Source: Gemmatimonadota bacterium
GTDB taxonomy: Bacteria; Gemmatimonadota; Gemmatimonadetes; Gemmatimonadales; Gemmatimonadaceae
DNA: 59,398 bases
NCBI GenBank assembly: GCA_040389905.1
Contig: JAZJZK010000002.1
Span: 87,411-146,808 of the forward strand
Direction of reading: 5' to 3'
A program made the position numbers and the translations under genes. Below, piece by piece: positions 30,548 to 39,656 of the stretch; the first letter of the stretch is position 1; every line of letters starts with the position of its first letter. A model generated the notes under the pieces. That model searched no databases. It was not told the origin of the DNA and saw only the letters and a list, made by a program, of their open reading frames with translations.

Positions 30548-30844
30548 ATGTCGGTGTCACACAAATCATCGTCGCCGACGCCCACTTCTTCGAGCGCGGC
30601 CAATAGTCCAGTCACCGTTGAAGTGAAGGCCGGCGTGTTCAAGAATACGTGTCTCGAGTTGATGGATGACGTGCACGCGCATCGGAAGGAGGTCGTCATT
30701 ACCAAACACGGCACCGCCGTCGCAAAGCTCGTGGCGCCCGACGTGCAGGCGCCAAGCGCATTCGGGTTCCTGCGGGGAACGTTGCTTGCGCACGGCGATA
30801 TCGTGTCGCCGGACTTCGAGCCCTGGGGTGAGCTCGGCGCATGA
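30548..30844 (+). CDS. Phd/YefM family antitoxin
   Basis: AGVFKNTCLELMDDV...VVITKHGTAVAKLV. AGGAGG RBS before ATG 30548. Confidence 0.88.
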   Translation: MSVSHKSSSPTPTSSSAANSPVTVEVKAGVFKNTCLELMDDVHAHRKEVVITKHGTAVAKLVAPDVQAPSAFGFLRGTLLAHGDIVSPDFEPWGELGA

Positions 30845-31377
30845 TGCGCGCGTCATCCGTGTGGACGCCATCGGAACGTCCGCAGTACGACGGTCCGCTG
30901 TTACTCGATACGCACATCTGGATCTGGCATCTGGAAGGTGACGAGGCGCAGATGGCAGCTGGGACAGTCGCGCTTCTCGATCGCGCAGGAACCGCCGCTG
31001 GCCTGCATGTCTGCGATATCTCCGCGTGGGAGATTGCGATCAAGGCACGAAAGGGGAAGCTCCATTTCTCCGTGGACCCACTCGTCTGGCTCCGTCGTGC
31101 CGAGCGTGCGCCGGGGATGCGCGGGTTGGCGTTGGATCGGGAAATTCTGCTCGCGAGCACGAGCCTGCCAGGCGAGATGCACAACGATCCAGCGGATCGG
31201 ATGCTCATTGCCGCGGCGAAGCTCAACAACCTGCCGTTGGTAACGGCAGATGCTCAGATCATCGAGTACGCGACGGCGCACCCAGGGACGCCCGTCGTAG
31301 ACGCTCGGCCGCCCGAAGAATCGTCGCGAGGCGTAGCGCTGCTACGGTTGCGTCGACCGATTCTCGAACCAGCGTAA
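30841..31377 (+). CDS. vapC: VapC PIN-domain toxin
   Basis: LLLDTHIWIW, SAWEIAIK, HNDPADRMLIA, LVTAD motifs. ATGA coupling. Confidence 0.9.
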   Translation: MMRASSVWTPSERPQYDGPLLLDTHIWIWHLEGDEAQMAAGTVALLDRAGTAAGLHVCDISAWEIAIKARKGKLHFSVDPLVWLRRAERAPGMRGLALDREILLASTSLPGEMHNDPADRMLIAAAKLNNLPLVTADAQIIEYATAHPGTPVVDARPPEESSRGVALLRLRRPILEPA

Positions 31378-33288
31378 CCCGCCTGCAGACGTCCCGACGA
31401 GAATGTCCGGACGCCCCTGGCCGTGCAGGGCTCCTACTGCGGGTATCGCGCCCGAATAACTCTTCAGCACAAACGTCGAGTCGCGCTCGAACGTGATTTC
31501 GTGCTGCGCCGCGCTGCCCACGCTACGCCACAGTTCGAGCGTCCCATCGTCCGACCCGATCAGCAAGTCGAGCCTCCCGTCACCGTCGAGATCGGCCAAG
31601 GTCGGCGCGCTGCGCCGCGGAACCTTGATCCCCTGAAAGGTGTCACTCACCAACTGAAACTTCGGTGACGTTTTCGTTCCCACGTTCTTGTACAGGATGA
31701 TCGAACCCGACGCCTTTCCAATGACGAGGTCCACCAGCCCATCGCCATCCAGGTCGCCGAAGCTCGGCACTGTGTTGCTGCCGCGCGTAATCGTGACGAG
31801 CGCACTGTCCGCGAGCGAGAAGTGCGGCGCCGCACGTGTCCCGGTATTGCGATACCACTGGATGTGGTCCGTCCACGTGCCGACCACGATGTCGGGCAGA
31901 CCGTCGCTGTCGAGATCGACGACCGACGGCGAATAGCTGAATTGTCCACGAATGGGCAACGGCCCCCGCTCGCGAAACGCGGGCTGCGCCGCGGAGCCGG
32001 TGTTCTCGTACCACGACACCGATCCGGTCGTGCGGTCTGCCGGATCGGCTTTGCTCCCGACAACGAGATCCAGCAATCCATCCCCATTGAGATCCGCGAT
32101 GGACGGTGCCGCATCGCTGCCGACGTCGATCATCGGAATCGCACGCTTTGTCTTGACGCTCCAGTTGGCCTTCGGCGACTGGGTCACGGAATAGAGATTC
32201 TCGATTGACGTCCGCGACGGTCCGTAGGCTCCGCCGATGACGCCCATGACGAGATCGACATTCCCATCGCCATCGACGTCACCGAACGTCGGCGCGTTGT
32301 AGCCGGATGTCAGCACCGGCTTTGCCAGCGGAAAGCGTGTTGGCTTGCTGCTGAAATCGGGTTGCGAACAGGAGCCGGTGTTCTCGAATCGCAGGAGTCC
32401 CTGCTCGAAGAAGTCGCCCCAGAAGAGGTCGCGCACACCGTGTCCCTTCCCACTCACGTCGGCGAAAGCGAGCGTGTTTGCGCCGTGCAGACGAGTCGTA
32501 GCCGAGGGCGTCCGAACGTGATGCGGCGCACCGTCGTCTTCACGCATGAACGAACTCCCGGTATCCGGCACGATCGACCCGCCCGTGACCTCCGGTCCGA
32601 GCACTTCGATTCCCTGCCACGCTTCCTCGATCAGGCGGAATCGGGGTGAGCCGTCGGGACTCTTGCCCTCTGCTTCGAACCGATCGACAACGCCTTGAAC
32701 GCGTCCGATGAACAGATCGAGCCGGCCATTGCAATCGATATCGACGGCGGTGAGGATATTCTGCCGATCGGCCGCAATGGCTCGGCCGTCGACGTCGCGG
32801 ACCGTGTCTCCGAGCGTGACAAAATGCGGTGTTGTGGCGGTGCCGTCGTTGCGCCACGCGCGCACGTAACCAGTCGGCATCTCACTGAAGAGATCGACCT
32901 TGCCGTCGCCGTCGATGTCGACAAAGCGATACCACTCACCGATGTCGAGGTTCTGGTACTTGTCCGAGCGCCAGATCCACTCGTCACGAACCCGTTCGAA
33001 GTACAGCAGGCTGCCGAAGCGTTCTTGCACAAACAACTCCGGCTTCCCGTCGCCGTTGATGTCAATGAGTTGCGGACGCGGTACGTCAAAGCCGCCGATG
33101 AACGGTGCAGGGATCAGTGTACCGGCGATGTCGGTGACGGGGATGCCGGACACGCGTGCTGTGAAATCCCATTTAACTGCGAGGAGGTGCGGGCCCTTCG
33201 CTGCGCTCAGGGCGACAAACCGAGCGGGGAGGCCCGCACCTGCCGTTACGACGACCAAAAGGCAAAGGGCGCCCGCACGAAGATTCAT
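31342..33288 (-). CDS. secreted FG-GAP/VCBS repeat protein
   Basis: About ten DxDGDGxxDL Ca-binding repeats and a signal peptide. ATG 33288 overlaps the upstream stop (ATGA). Confidence 0.88.
   Translation of the reverse strand: MNLRAGALCLLVVVTAGAGLPARFVALSAAKGPHLLAVKWDFTARVSGIPVTDIAGTLIPAPFIGGFDVPRPQLIDINGDGKPELFVQERFGSLLYFERVRDEWIWRSDKYQNLDIGEWYRFVDIDGDGKVDLFSEMPTGYVRAWRNDGTATTPHFVTLGDTVRDVDGRAIAADRQNILTAVDIDCNGRLDLFIGRVQGVVDRFEAEGKSPDGSPRFRLIEEAWQGIEVLGPEVTGGSIVPDTGSSFMREDDGAPHHVRTPSATTRLHGANTLAFADVSGKGHGVRDLFWGDFFEQGLLRFENTGSCSQPDFSSKPTRFPLAKPVLTSGYNAPTFGDVDGDGNVDLVMGVIGGAYGPSRTSIENLYSVTQSPKANWSVKTKRAIPMIDVGSDAAPSIADLNGDGLLDLVVGSKADPADRTTGSVSWYENTGSAAQPAFRERGPLPIRGQFSYSPSVVDLDSDGLPDIVVGTWTDHIQWYRNTGTRAAPHFSLADSALVTITRGSNTVPSFGDLDGDGLVDLVIGKASGSIILYKNVGTKTSPKFQLVSDTFQGIKVPRRSAPTLADLDGDGRLDLLIGSDDGTLELWRSVGSAAQHEITFERDSTFVLKSYSGAIPAVGALHGQGRPDILVGTSAGGLRWFENRSTQP
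33185..33241. repeat. repeat family A inside the FG-GAP CDS
   Basis: AGGTGCGGGCCCTTCGCTGCGCTCAGGGCGACAAA plus a degenerate second arm ending GGCCCGCACCT. Confidence 0.82.
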
Positions 33289-34457
33289 CGGGCGCCTGGA
33301 CCGCCCATTCCGCTGGGTCCGATGCCGAGCGGCAGGGTCTTCTCGACTTTGCCAGTGGCGACGTTGACGACGGACAACCAACCCGTCTTCGGTGCGGGAG
33401 CGGGCATCCCGGTCATTCCTGCCATGCCAGGCATGTTGTCGTGTGCGCTCTTGCTCGCCGATACCGCACCCGTGTTCTGGTTCACGACGAAGAGATACTT
33501 CCCGTCGCGGCGAAGAATCATGTCATACGGCTGCGCAAAGGCTCCGCTGAACGTCCGCACCACCTTGCCGGCAGCGAGATCGACTTCGGCGATAGCGCTA
33601 CCACCGAAGAGTGAGAAATAGGCGCGCCTACCGTCTGGGGAGAACACCGGGTCCCATGGCTTGCCTTCAACAGCAAACTCCGCAATCGGAGCAAGGGGCG
33701 GTGTTTTCGTGAGATCGAACACGAGGACGGTGTTGGACAGTTCCCCGCCGACGATGAGCCGCGTGCCGTCTGGGCTGACCGCGAACTGCACCATGGAGCG
33801 CGTCACATTTCCGGGCAACGTCGTGAGCGTGACGCGACCCGTGGCCGTCTCGAGCGACGCAAACCGATTCTCGGCGAGTGACGCGGTGTGCACCCACTTG
33901 CCGTCGCGCGTCGTGACGAGCGCGTGCGGACGCGGAATTTGAATCTCCTGCTCCTCGACCATCGTGAATGTCGAACGCTTGATGACGCCGAGCGACTTCG
34001 GCGGATTGACGGCCGTCATCGAGCGCCCGACGTATAGCGTGTCGTGCACTGGATCCAGCGCGACGAGACCGGGTGTCTCCATGGACACCTGCCCGACGAG
34101 GCGATTGGCTCGGTCGAACTTGAGAACCTTGCCGTCACCGATGAGCGTCGCGTACCAGAACGAACCGTCAGGCTCGACGATCGCGTGATGCGGCTTCGCG
34201 TTTGGTGAGAAACCGAGCTTGGTGAGATCGATAACGGTGTCGACGACGAGCTTCGTCTGGTCGACGACGGTGATCGACGCGCCGCTCTGGTTGGTGATAT
34301 ACAGCTTGGCGCCCTGCGCGGTAGTCGCGCAGGGAATGAGTAGCGTGAACGCAGTTCCGTAAGCCGCTCGTTTTGTCGCCCTGAGCGCAGCGAAGGGCCT
34401 GCACCACCGACGTGCAGATCCCTCGACTGCGCTCGGGATGACAAAGGCCTTGCCCAT
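33285..34457 (-). CDS. secreted YncE/YVTN-type beta-propeller protein
   Basis: LYITNQ, SPDG, LFVVNQ repeats. ATG 34457 overlaps the upstream TAA (TAATG). No later in-frame start precedes the hydrophobic segment. Confidence 0.85.
   Translation of the reverse strand: MGKAFVIPSAVEGSARRWCRPFAALRATKRAAYGTAFTLLIPCATTAQGAKLYITNQSGASITVVDQTKLVVDTVIDLTKLGFSPNAKPHHAIVEPDGSFWYATLIGDGKVLKFDRANRLVGQVSMETPGLVALDPVHDTLYVGRSMTAVNPPKSLGVIKRSTFTMVEEQEIQIPRPHALVTTRDGKWVHTASLAENRFASLETATGRVTLTTLPGNVTRSMVQFAVSPDGTRLIVGGELSNTVLVFDLTKTPPLAPIAEFAVEGKPWDPVFSPDGRRAYFSLFGGSAIAEVDLAAGKVVRTFSGAFAQPYDMILRRDGKYLFVVNQNTGAVSASKSAHDNMPGMAGMTGMPAPAPKTGWLSVVNVATGKVEKTLPLGIGPSGMGGPGAR
34371..34445. repeat. complete repeat family A palindrome inside the YncE-like CDS
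   Basis: TTTTGTCGCCCTGAGCGCAGCGAAGGGCCTGCAC-cac cgac-GTGCAGATCCCTCGACTGCGCTCGGGATGACAAA. Confidence 0.9.
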
Positions 34458-37123
34458 TACGGAACCGGTTTCCGCGTGCCGTCGCGCACCATGAAGAATC
34501 CTTCTCCGATACTCGTCACGCCGATCGCGCCATTCTTGAAGAACGGATAGTTGTTCCACGTCCCGGCAAAGCTCGCGTCGTTCTCACCCGGGCTGGTGTC
34601 GAGGAAGCCGACTTCCTTTGGGTTCTTCGGATCGGAGATGTCGAGAATGCGAAGCCCAGCTTTGTAGTTCGACTGGTACATGCGATCGCCCTTCACATAC
34701 AGGTTGTGATCGATCGCGTGCGTGGGGCCGATGTGTTCCTTCACCATGATCGGCTGTTCGAGGTCCGCAACGTCGAACACCATCGTGCGCGTGCCTTCAG
34801 CGGAGCGTCCGAGGTTGGCAGATTCGTCGAGCTCGTCGTTGAGATACCAGTGCCGTTGGTCATCGGTGAACCAACCCTGGTGCGTGTAGCCCGGCGTCGG
34901 ATAGTCCGCATGCGAGAGCACCTTCACGTTCTTCTTGTCGGTGACATCCTGAATGGAGACGGTCGTCTCGTTCGACGCCATGCAGATCTCATGGCCCGTG
35001 TACCGCTTGTCCGGCCCGTGATACATGACGCACTGGATGTCGTGCGTGTACCCGCCCTTGGCGCGACCTGTTCCCACGTCGGCAAAACATCCGGCGAACG
35101 TTGGTTTGAGTGGCACCTTCATGTCGATCATCAGCGAGCCGCCGCTGCACCGCTCACCACCGGAAGACGTGCCAACGGCATAGGCATATCCACTCGCCTC
35201 GTTGACCGCGATGTCGTGAATGCTTCCGGCGTCGAAGTGCGCGTCTTCAGTGAAGTGCTGCGGCTTTTTCACGTTGCGGAGCTTCGTCAGGTCGAAGATC
35301 TGAATGCCATGGTGATCGCCTGAACCGTCGGACACGATGAGCGCGTAGTTCTTGTACGTCTTGATCTCGCGCCAGCTCGACGCATTCGCTCCTTTGGTGC
35401 GCGGCAGGTCGCCGAGATACCGCGGATGCGTCGGGTCGGTGACGTCGACGAATGCGGCCGCGTCAGTTCGGCCGATGATGGAGATGTCATGCCCCGTGAC
35501 GGGATCGGTCCAACCCCAGCTTCCGCTGAGATTCACACCACGCTTGCCGCCCACGGCCGAGATTGGCATGAACGACAGCAGTCCGGTGTTGCCGCATTCG
35601 AATGCGGTAGCCATTCCGTTTTCACAATGCACTTCCTTGCCGAGCACCGCGGGAAACCGTTCCTGTGGCGGCGGCATGATCAGGCTCTTGAGATTCCAGT
35701 CACCGCCCTTGGCCTTGCTCAGAAAGCCAACCGTTCCCCCGCCGCCGCCATCGCCCGGCATGCCCACGATCGCGGAATTGCCGCTGACGGCGAACGACGC
35801 TGACCAGAGCGCGCCGGGTTCGAGCGAGTCGACGCCGAGCTTCGTCATGCCGCCCCAGGCGCCATCCTTGTTCGCATGCGCTCGGTAGATCCGTCCCGAG
35901 CCGTCGCTGCCTGGTGCGCCGATCCAGAGTTCGTCGCCGACAACGCCAATCGCTGATCCGAACGCAACATTACCGAAGTCGAATGGCGCGAGGGTGCCGA
36001 TCATCCGCCATGAACCGAACGATGCGCGTTCATAGGTAATGACGATACCGGCGCCGAGGCCGATGTTTGCACCGCCACGCCCACCGCCGGCAGCCAAGCC
36101 ACCTGCACGGCCGCTCGGCGCAAGCGCTGCAAGCCGGGCCACGATGGAATCACGCGCCGCACCCGCCGAGCTGCTCGCGAGCTGAATGAGCAGCGAGTCG
36201 CGCGTGGGGTTGGGCAGCGTCGTCGGCGTGAAGTTCGTGCCGGGTGCGCCGACGATGACCTGATCTCCCTTCACGGCGACCGCGCCACCGAAGAGCGAGT
36301 TGTCCGGGAGATTCTGCGGCGCAACCTGTTCGGTCTCCTGCATCCACCGCCCCGACGCGTCGCGACGGAATACGTAGACCGCGCCCTTGAGCTTTCTCGC
36401 CGGCGCGCCAATCGCGACACGGTCCCTATCGATGGCGATTGCAGATCCGAACCGATCACCGGTGACGAGCCCCTGCGCAGGCAAGGCGCCGCCACCGGAC
36501 CAGTTTCCATCTTTGCCGCGCTGGAAGACGTACACGGCACCGCCATTCGTCTCGCCGGGCGCGCCAACGAGGACCAGATCGCCAAGCACAGCGAGCGCCG
36601 CGCCGAATTGTGCGCCGCCAGTTCGCGTGGCCGAAAGATTGCCGGCGGACGTCCACTTCATGTCCGCGCCGCGCTTGAACAATTGCACCGACCCCACTGC
36701 GGTATCGACCGGAGCGGGGCCTGCAGGCTGCGGCGCCCCGCGGCCGCCTCGTCCTACCGGAGCCGTCGGCGGCGGACTCACTTGCCCGACGAGCAATGTT
36801 GTTCCCTCGGCCGCGAGCGCCGAGCCGAATCCATCACCGCCGACCGATGCGGCGGAGACGAGTTGGCCCGCTTCCTTCCAACCAGCCGCGCTCTGTCGGT
36901 AGATATGAACGAGACCGGGGGCCGGCGGCCCTCCGCCCCGCCCACCGCGTCCGCCAACGACGACGTTCGGTTCCCCGACGAATGCGAACTCGCCGGCGAT
37001 GGCGACGGCGCGGCCGTACGCCCGGTATGCTGCCGTCTCCGAGCGCGAAACGGTCGGAGCGGACAACGCGGCGGCGAATCCGCTGCCGGCAAGTAGAATG
37101 ACGATGTGTTTGGGTAGGCTCAC
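34457..37123 (-). CDS. choice-of-anchor B (LVIVD-like) protein with N-terminal FG-GAP repeats
   Basis: FGSALA/VGAPG repeats, then WGWTDP, SSWREIKTY, YTHQGW, DELDE, IDHNLYV, GLRILDIS, WNNYPFF. Confidence 0.87.
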   Translation of the reverse strand: MSLPKHIVILLAGSGFAAALSAPTVSRSETAAYRAYGRAVAIAGEFAFVGEPNVVVGGRGGRGGGPPAPGLVHIYRQSAAGWKEAGQLVSAASVGGDGFGSALAAEGTTLLVGQVSPPPTAPVGRGGRGAPQPAGPAPVDTAVGSVQLFKRGADMKWTSAGNLSATRTGGAQFGAALAVLGDLVLVGAPGETNGGAVYVFQRGKDGNWSGGGALPAQGLVTGDRFGSAIAIDRDRVAIGAPARKLKGAVYVFRRDASGRWMQETEQVAPQNLPDNSLFGGAVAVKGDQVIVGAPGTNFTPTTLPNPTRDSLLIQLASSSAGAARDSIVARLAALAPSGRAGGLAAGGGRGGANIGLGAGIVITYERASFGSWRMIGTLAPFDFGNVAFGSAIGVVGDELWIGAPGSDGSGRIYRAHANKDGAWGGMTKLGVDSLEPGALWSASFAVSGNSAIVGMPGDGGGGGTVGFLSKAKGGDWNLKSLIMPPPQERFPAVLGKEVHCENGMATAFECGNTGLLSFMPISAVGGKRGVNLSGSWGWTDPVTGHDISIIGRTDAAAFVDVTDPTHPRYLGDLPRTKGANASSWREIKTYKNYALIVSDGSGDHHGIQIFDLTKLRNVKKPQHFTEDAHFDAGSIHDIAVNEASGYAYAVGTSSGGERCSGGSLMIDMKVPLKPTFAGCFADVGTGRAKGGYTHDIQCVMYHGPDKRYTGHEICMASNETTVSIQDVTDKKNVKVLSHADYPTPGYTHQGWFTDDQRHWYLNDELDESANLGRSAEGTRTMVFDVADLEQPIMVKEHIGPTHAIDHNLYVKGDRMYQSNYKAGLRILDISDPKNPKEVGFLDTSPGENDASFAGTWNNYPFFKNGAIGVTSIGEGFFMVRDGTRKPVP

Positions 37124-37207
37124 GACATGCCTCGTACGGTGGGGTGAACAGACGACAGATAATAGCCGTGTCCGCCGTCACGCGTTACCCCTCTGCGCCG
37201 ACCTTCG

Positions 37208-37726
37208 CTACAGGTATCTCGCTCGAATAATTGATACGTGATGAGTCACGTGTCCGGCCACCATGTACGCGAGTGCACGCACGGAGCAGGGGTTGCCGCT
37301 CGCGACCCCGCTGCGCGACCACGCATCGACAGGCAGCGAGCGGAAGAAGGAAATGCTGGCGAGCCGGATGTTGGAAAACTCCTCGATGAGTTCGTTCCAT
37401 GAGCGACTGTCAGCGCCGGCAGCCGCATTCGCCACGTTCTGATCGAAGCTCGGCAGTGCCGACTCGAAGCCGCGAGCAAACCAGAATGCACGGAAGGTGA
37501 ACAGTCGCTCACAGTCGCTGAGATGATTGAGGACTTCCCGGATACTCCACTTGTCAGGAGCGTACCGAGAAAGCGACTGCGCTTCGGAAATCCCGCGAAG
37601 GAATCCCGTCGTCGCCTTCAACTGCTCTGCCAGCACATCGCGAATGTCTCCCGGCGCAACTTGGTCGATGTACTCGAAGTAGTACGCCGCTGCCTCGGAT
37701 CGTTCAGGCCGTGCAATGGTCGTCAT
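37208..37726 (-). CDS. DinB family protein
   Basis: YAPDKWSIREVLNHL and AGHVTHH motifs. ATG 37726 overlaps the M1 stop (ATGA). Confidence 0.88.
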   Translation of the reverse strand: MTTIARPERSEAAAYYFEYIDQVAPGDIRDVLAEQLKATTGFLRGISEAQSLSRYAPDKWSIREVLNHLSDCERLFTFRAFWFARGFESALPSFDQNVANAAAGADSRSWNELIEEFSNIRLASISFFRSLPVDAWSRSGVASGNPCSVRALAYMVAGHVTHHVSIIRARYL

Positions 37727-39621
37727 TTGGCTGTCCATGAGCTATCGGTCGTATCTGCATCCATCCAGATGCCGCCGCGGAGGTCGATTGACTTGACCCG
37801 CTTCCTCGCAGCGAAAGTCACCGCGGCGTTCCTGCTGTCGCGCAGCCAGATCGCCGACGACTGATGCACTGTCTCCGTCGTGCCATCCGCGTAATTGACC
37901 ACGACATCAACCGGTGCGGGCATTCCGCCGACATTTGCGATCGTGAGCGCATAGCCGTTCACCACCTTGTGCACGGACGTCAGCGCGAGATCGATGTAGC
38001 TGTTCTCGAAATACCAACTCCGCCAGAACCAATTCAGGTCCTTCCCACTCACATCGTTGAACGTGTTGAAGAAATCCCAGGGGGTGGGGTGCTTTCCGTG
38101 CCAACGACTCATGTATTCGTGGAGGCATTTTCGGAACAGTGCGTCACCCAGCATGTCCTTCATCGCGAGATAGCCGAGCGCCGCCTTCCCATACGCGCTA
38201 TTTCCATACGCCGCGTCCCGGAGACCGTCGGCCGGCGTGATGATCGGCAGATCCTGAAGCGGAGAGGGATCATTGATCCACCCGCTGACACGAAACTGCT
38301 TGAAGAACTCGACGGCGCGATCGTGGCCGAGATCGGCGCTACCGATGAGAAACTCGAAGGCAGTCGCCCAGCCTTCATCCATGAACGCGTAGCGGCTCTC
38401 GTTGATGCCCATGTAGAAGGGCATGTAGGTGTGCGCGATCTCGTGTTCCGCGACGAAGCGCGAGAAGACCGTATCCGCGTACGCTTCATCGTTCGCCATC
38501 ATGGGATACTCCATGCCGGCAAAACCCTGGAAGACCGTCGTCTTTTCGTAGGGGTAGGGCACCCCAGGCCAGTTGTGCGAGAGCCAGTCGAGCGCGTGAC
38601 GACCGAAACGCACCATGTGATGATAGTCCGCCGCCGTGTCATTGAACGCCGCCTGCACACTCGCTCGCCGGTGCGTTGCGTCGTCGACCACGACGCTGCC
38701 GGCATCCCACACGTAGTGATCGCTTACACCGAACGTCATGTCCGGGATGTTCGTCGCCGTGAAATGCCACGTGTTGGTGGCGTTCTGCCGGGTGACTGAC
38801 TTCGACGCGAGCTCCTGTCTCGTCGCGACGTGGATTGTGGTGTCCGAGCTCAACGAGCTCTGGAATCTCCGCAGTGGCTCCGGCTGGAGGACACTTTCGG
38901 GCTCCTGCAACGTGCCAGTGCCCCACACGACGAAGTTCGCGGGCACCTTGATCGAGACATCGTAGTCGTTGAAATCGCTATAGAACTCCTGTTGGTCGAC
39001 GAACGGCATCGTGTCCCAGCCATTGTAGTCGTCGTAGACCGCGATCCGTGGATAGAAGTACGCGAGAAACATCGTCGTCGAGTCGATCATGCCTTCGCGA
39101 TTACTCTCGCGTGACGCGTCGTAGTGCCACTGGAATGCGAGGCGAACCGAGTCTCGCGGGCCCAGCGCCGAGGGGAGCGTCACGCGTTGTACGGTCGTGG
39201 TGCCCTCGTTGCCTGGCCACCGCGTGGGTTGCCCATTCACGGAGAAGGCATCGATCTGCGTGCCGTCGGTGATGTAATCCGAGGATGCCGCGCCACCGCG
39301 TGCCGCGCCGGCCTTGTGAATATTCACGAACAGGCGAACGACGAGACTCTTGAGCGTATCAGGGCTGTTGTTCCAGTAGGTGATTTGCTCGCTGCCTCGC
39401 ACCGTTCGCGCGGGCGGCGCGGCGTTGACCTCGATCGCATATCGCGCGCGATTCTGCCAGTATTTTGCACCGGGGCGTCCGTCGGGCGATCGCGTGCCCT
39501 TCTTGAACGCTGTCGTGACCGCGCGGGGCATGTAGAGCGGGTCGGCCGCTCGCTGGGGCATCAGTGGCAGCGCGACGGCGGCGAGAAGGGCGGACTTGAT
39601 CGCGATGGTCTTGATCAGCAT
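37723..39621 (-). CDS. secreted M1 family metalloaminopeptidase
   Basis: GMEYPM, HEIAH...DEG zinc motif, AYGK. Signal peptide from MLIKT. Confidence 0.92.
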   Translation of the reverse strand: MLIKTIAIKSALLAAVALPLMPQRAADPLYMPRAVTTAFKKGTRSPDGRPGAKYWQNRARYAIEVNAAPPARTVRGSEQITYWNNSPDTLKSLVVRLFVNIHKAGAARGGAASSDYITDGTQIDAFSVNGQPTRWPGNEGTTTVQRVTLPSALGPRDSVRLAFQWHYDASRESNREGMIDSTTMFLAYFYPRIAVYDDYNGWDTMPFVDQQEFYSDFNDYDVSIKVPANFVVWGTGTLQEPESVLQPEPLRRFQSSLSSDTTIHVATRQELASKSVTRQNATNTWHFTATNIPDMTFGVSDHYVWDAGSVVVDDATHRRASVQAAFNDTAADYHHMVRFGRHALDWLSHNWPGVPYPYEKTTVFQGFAGMEYPMMANDEAYADTVFSRFVAEHEIAHTYMPFYMGINESRYAFMDEGWATAFEFLIGSADLGHDRAVEFFKQFRVSGWINDPSPLQDLPIITPADGLRDAAYGNSAYGKAALGYLAMKDMLGDALFRKCLHEYMSRWHGKHPTPWDFFNTFNDVSGKDLNWFWRSWYFENSYIDLALTSVHKVVNGYALTIANVGGMPAPVDVVVNYADGTTETVHQSSAIWLRDSRNAAVTFAARKRVKSIDLRGGIWMDADTTDSSWTAK

Positions 39622-39656
39622 GGGTGCTCCCGGTGGTGTCCTGCGTATCTTGAGTC

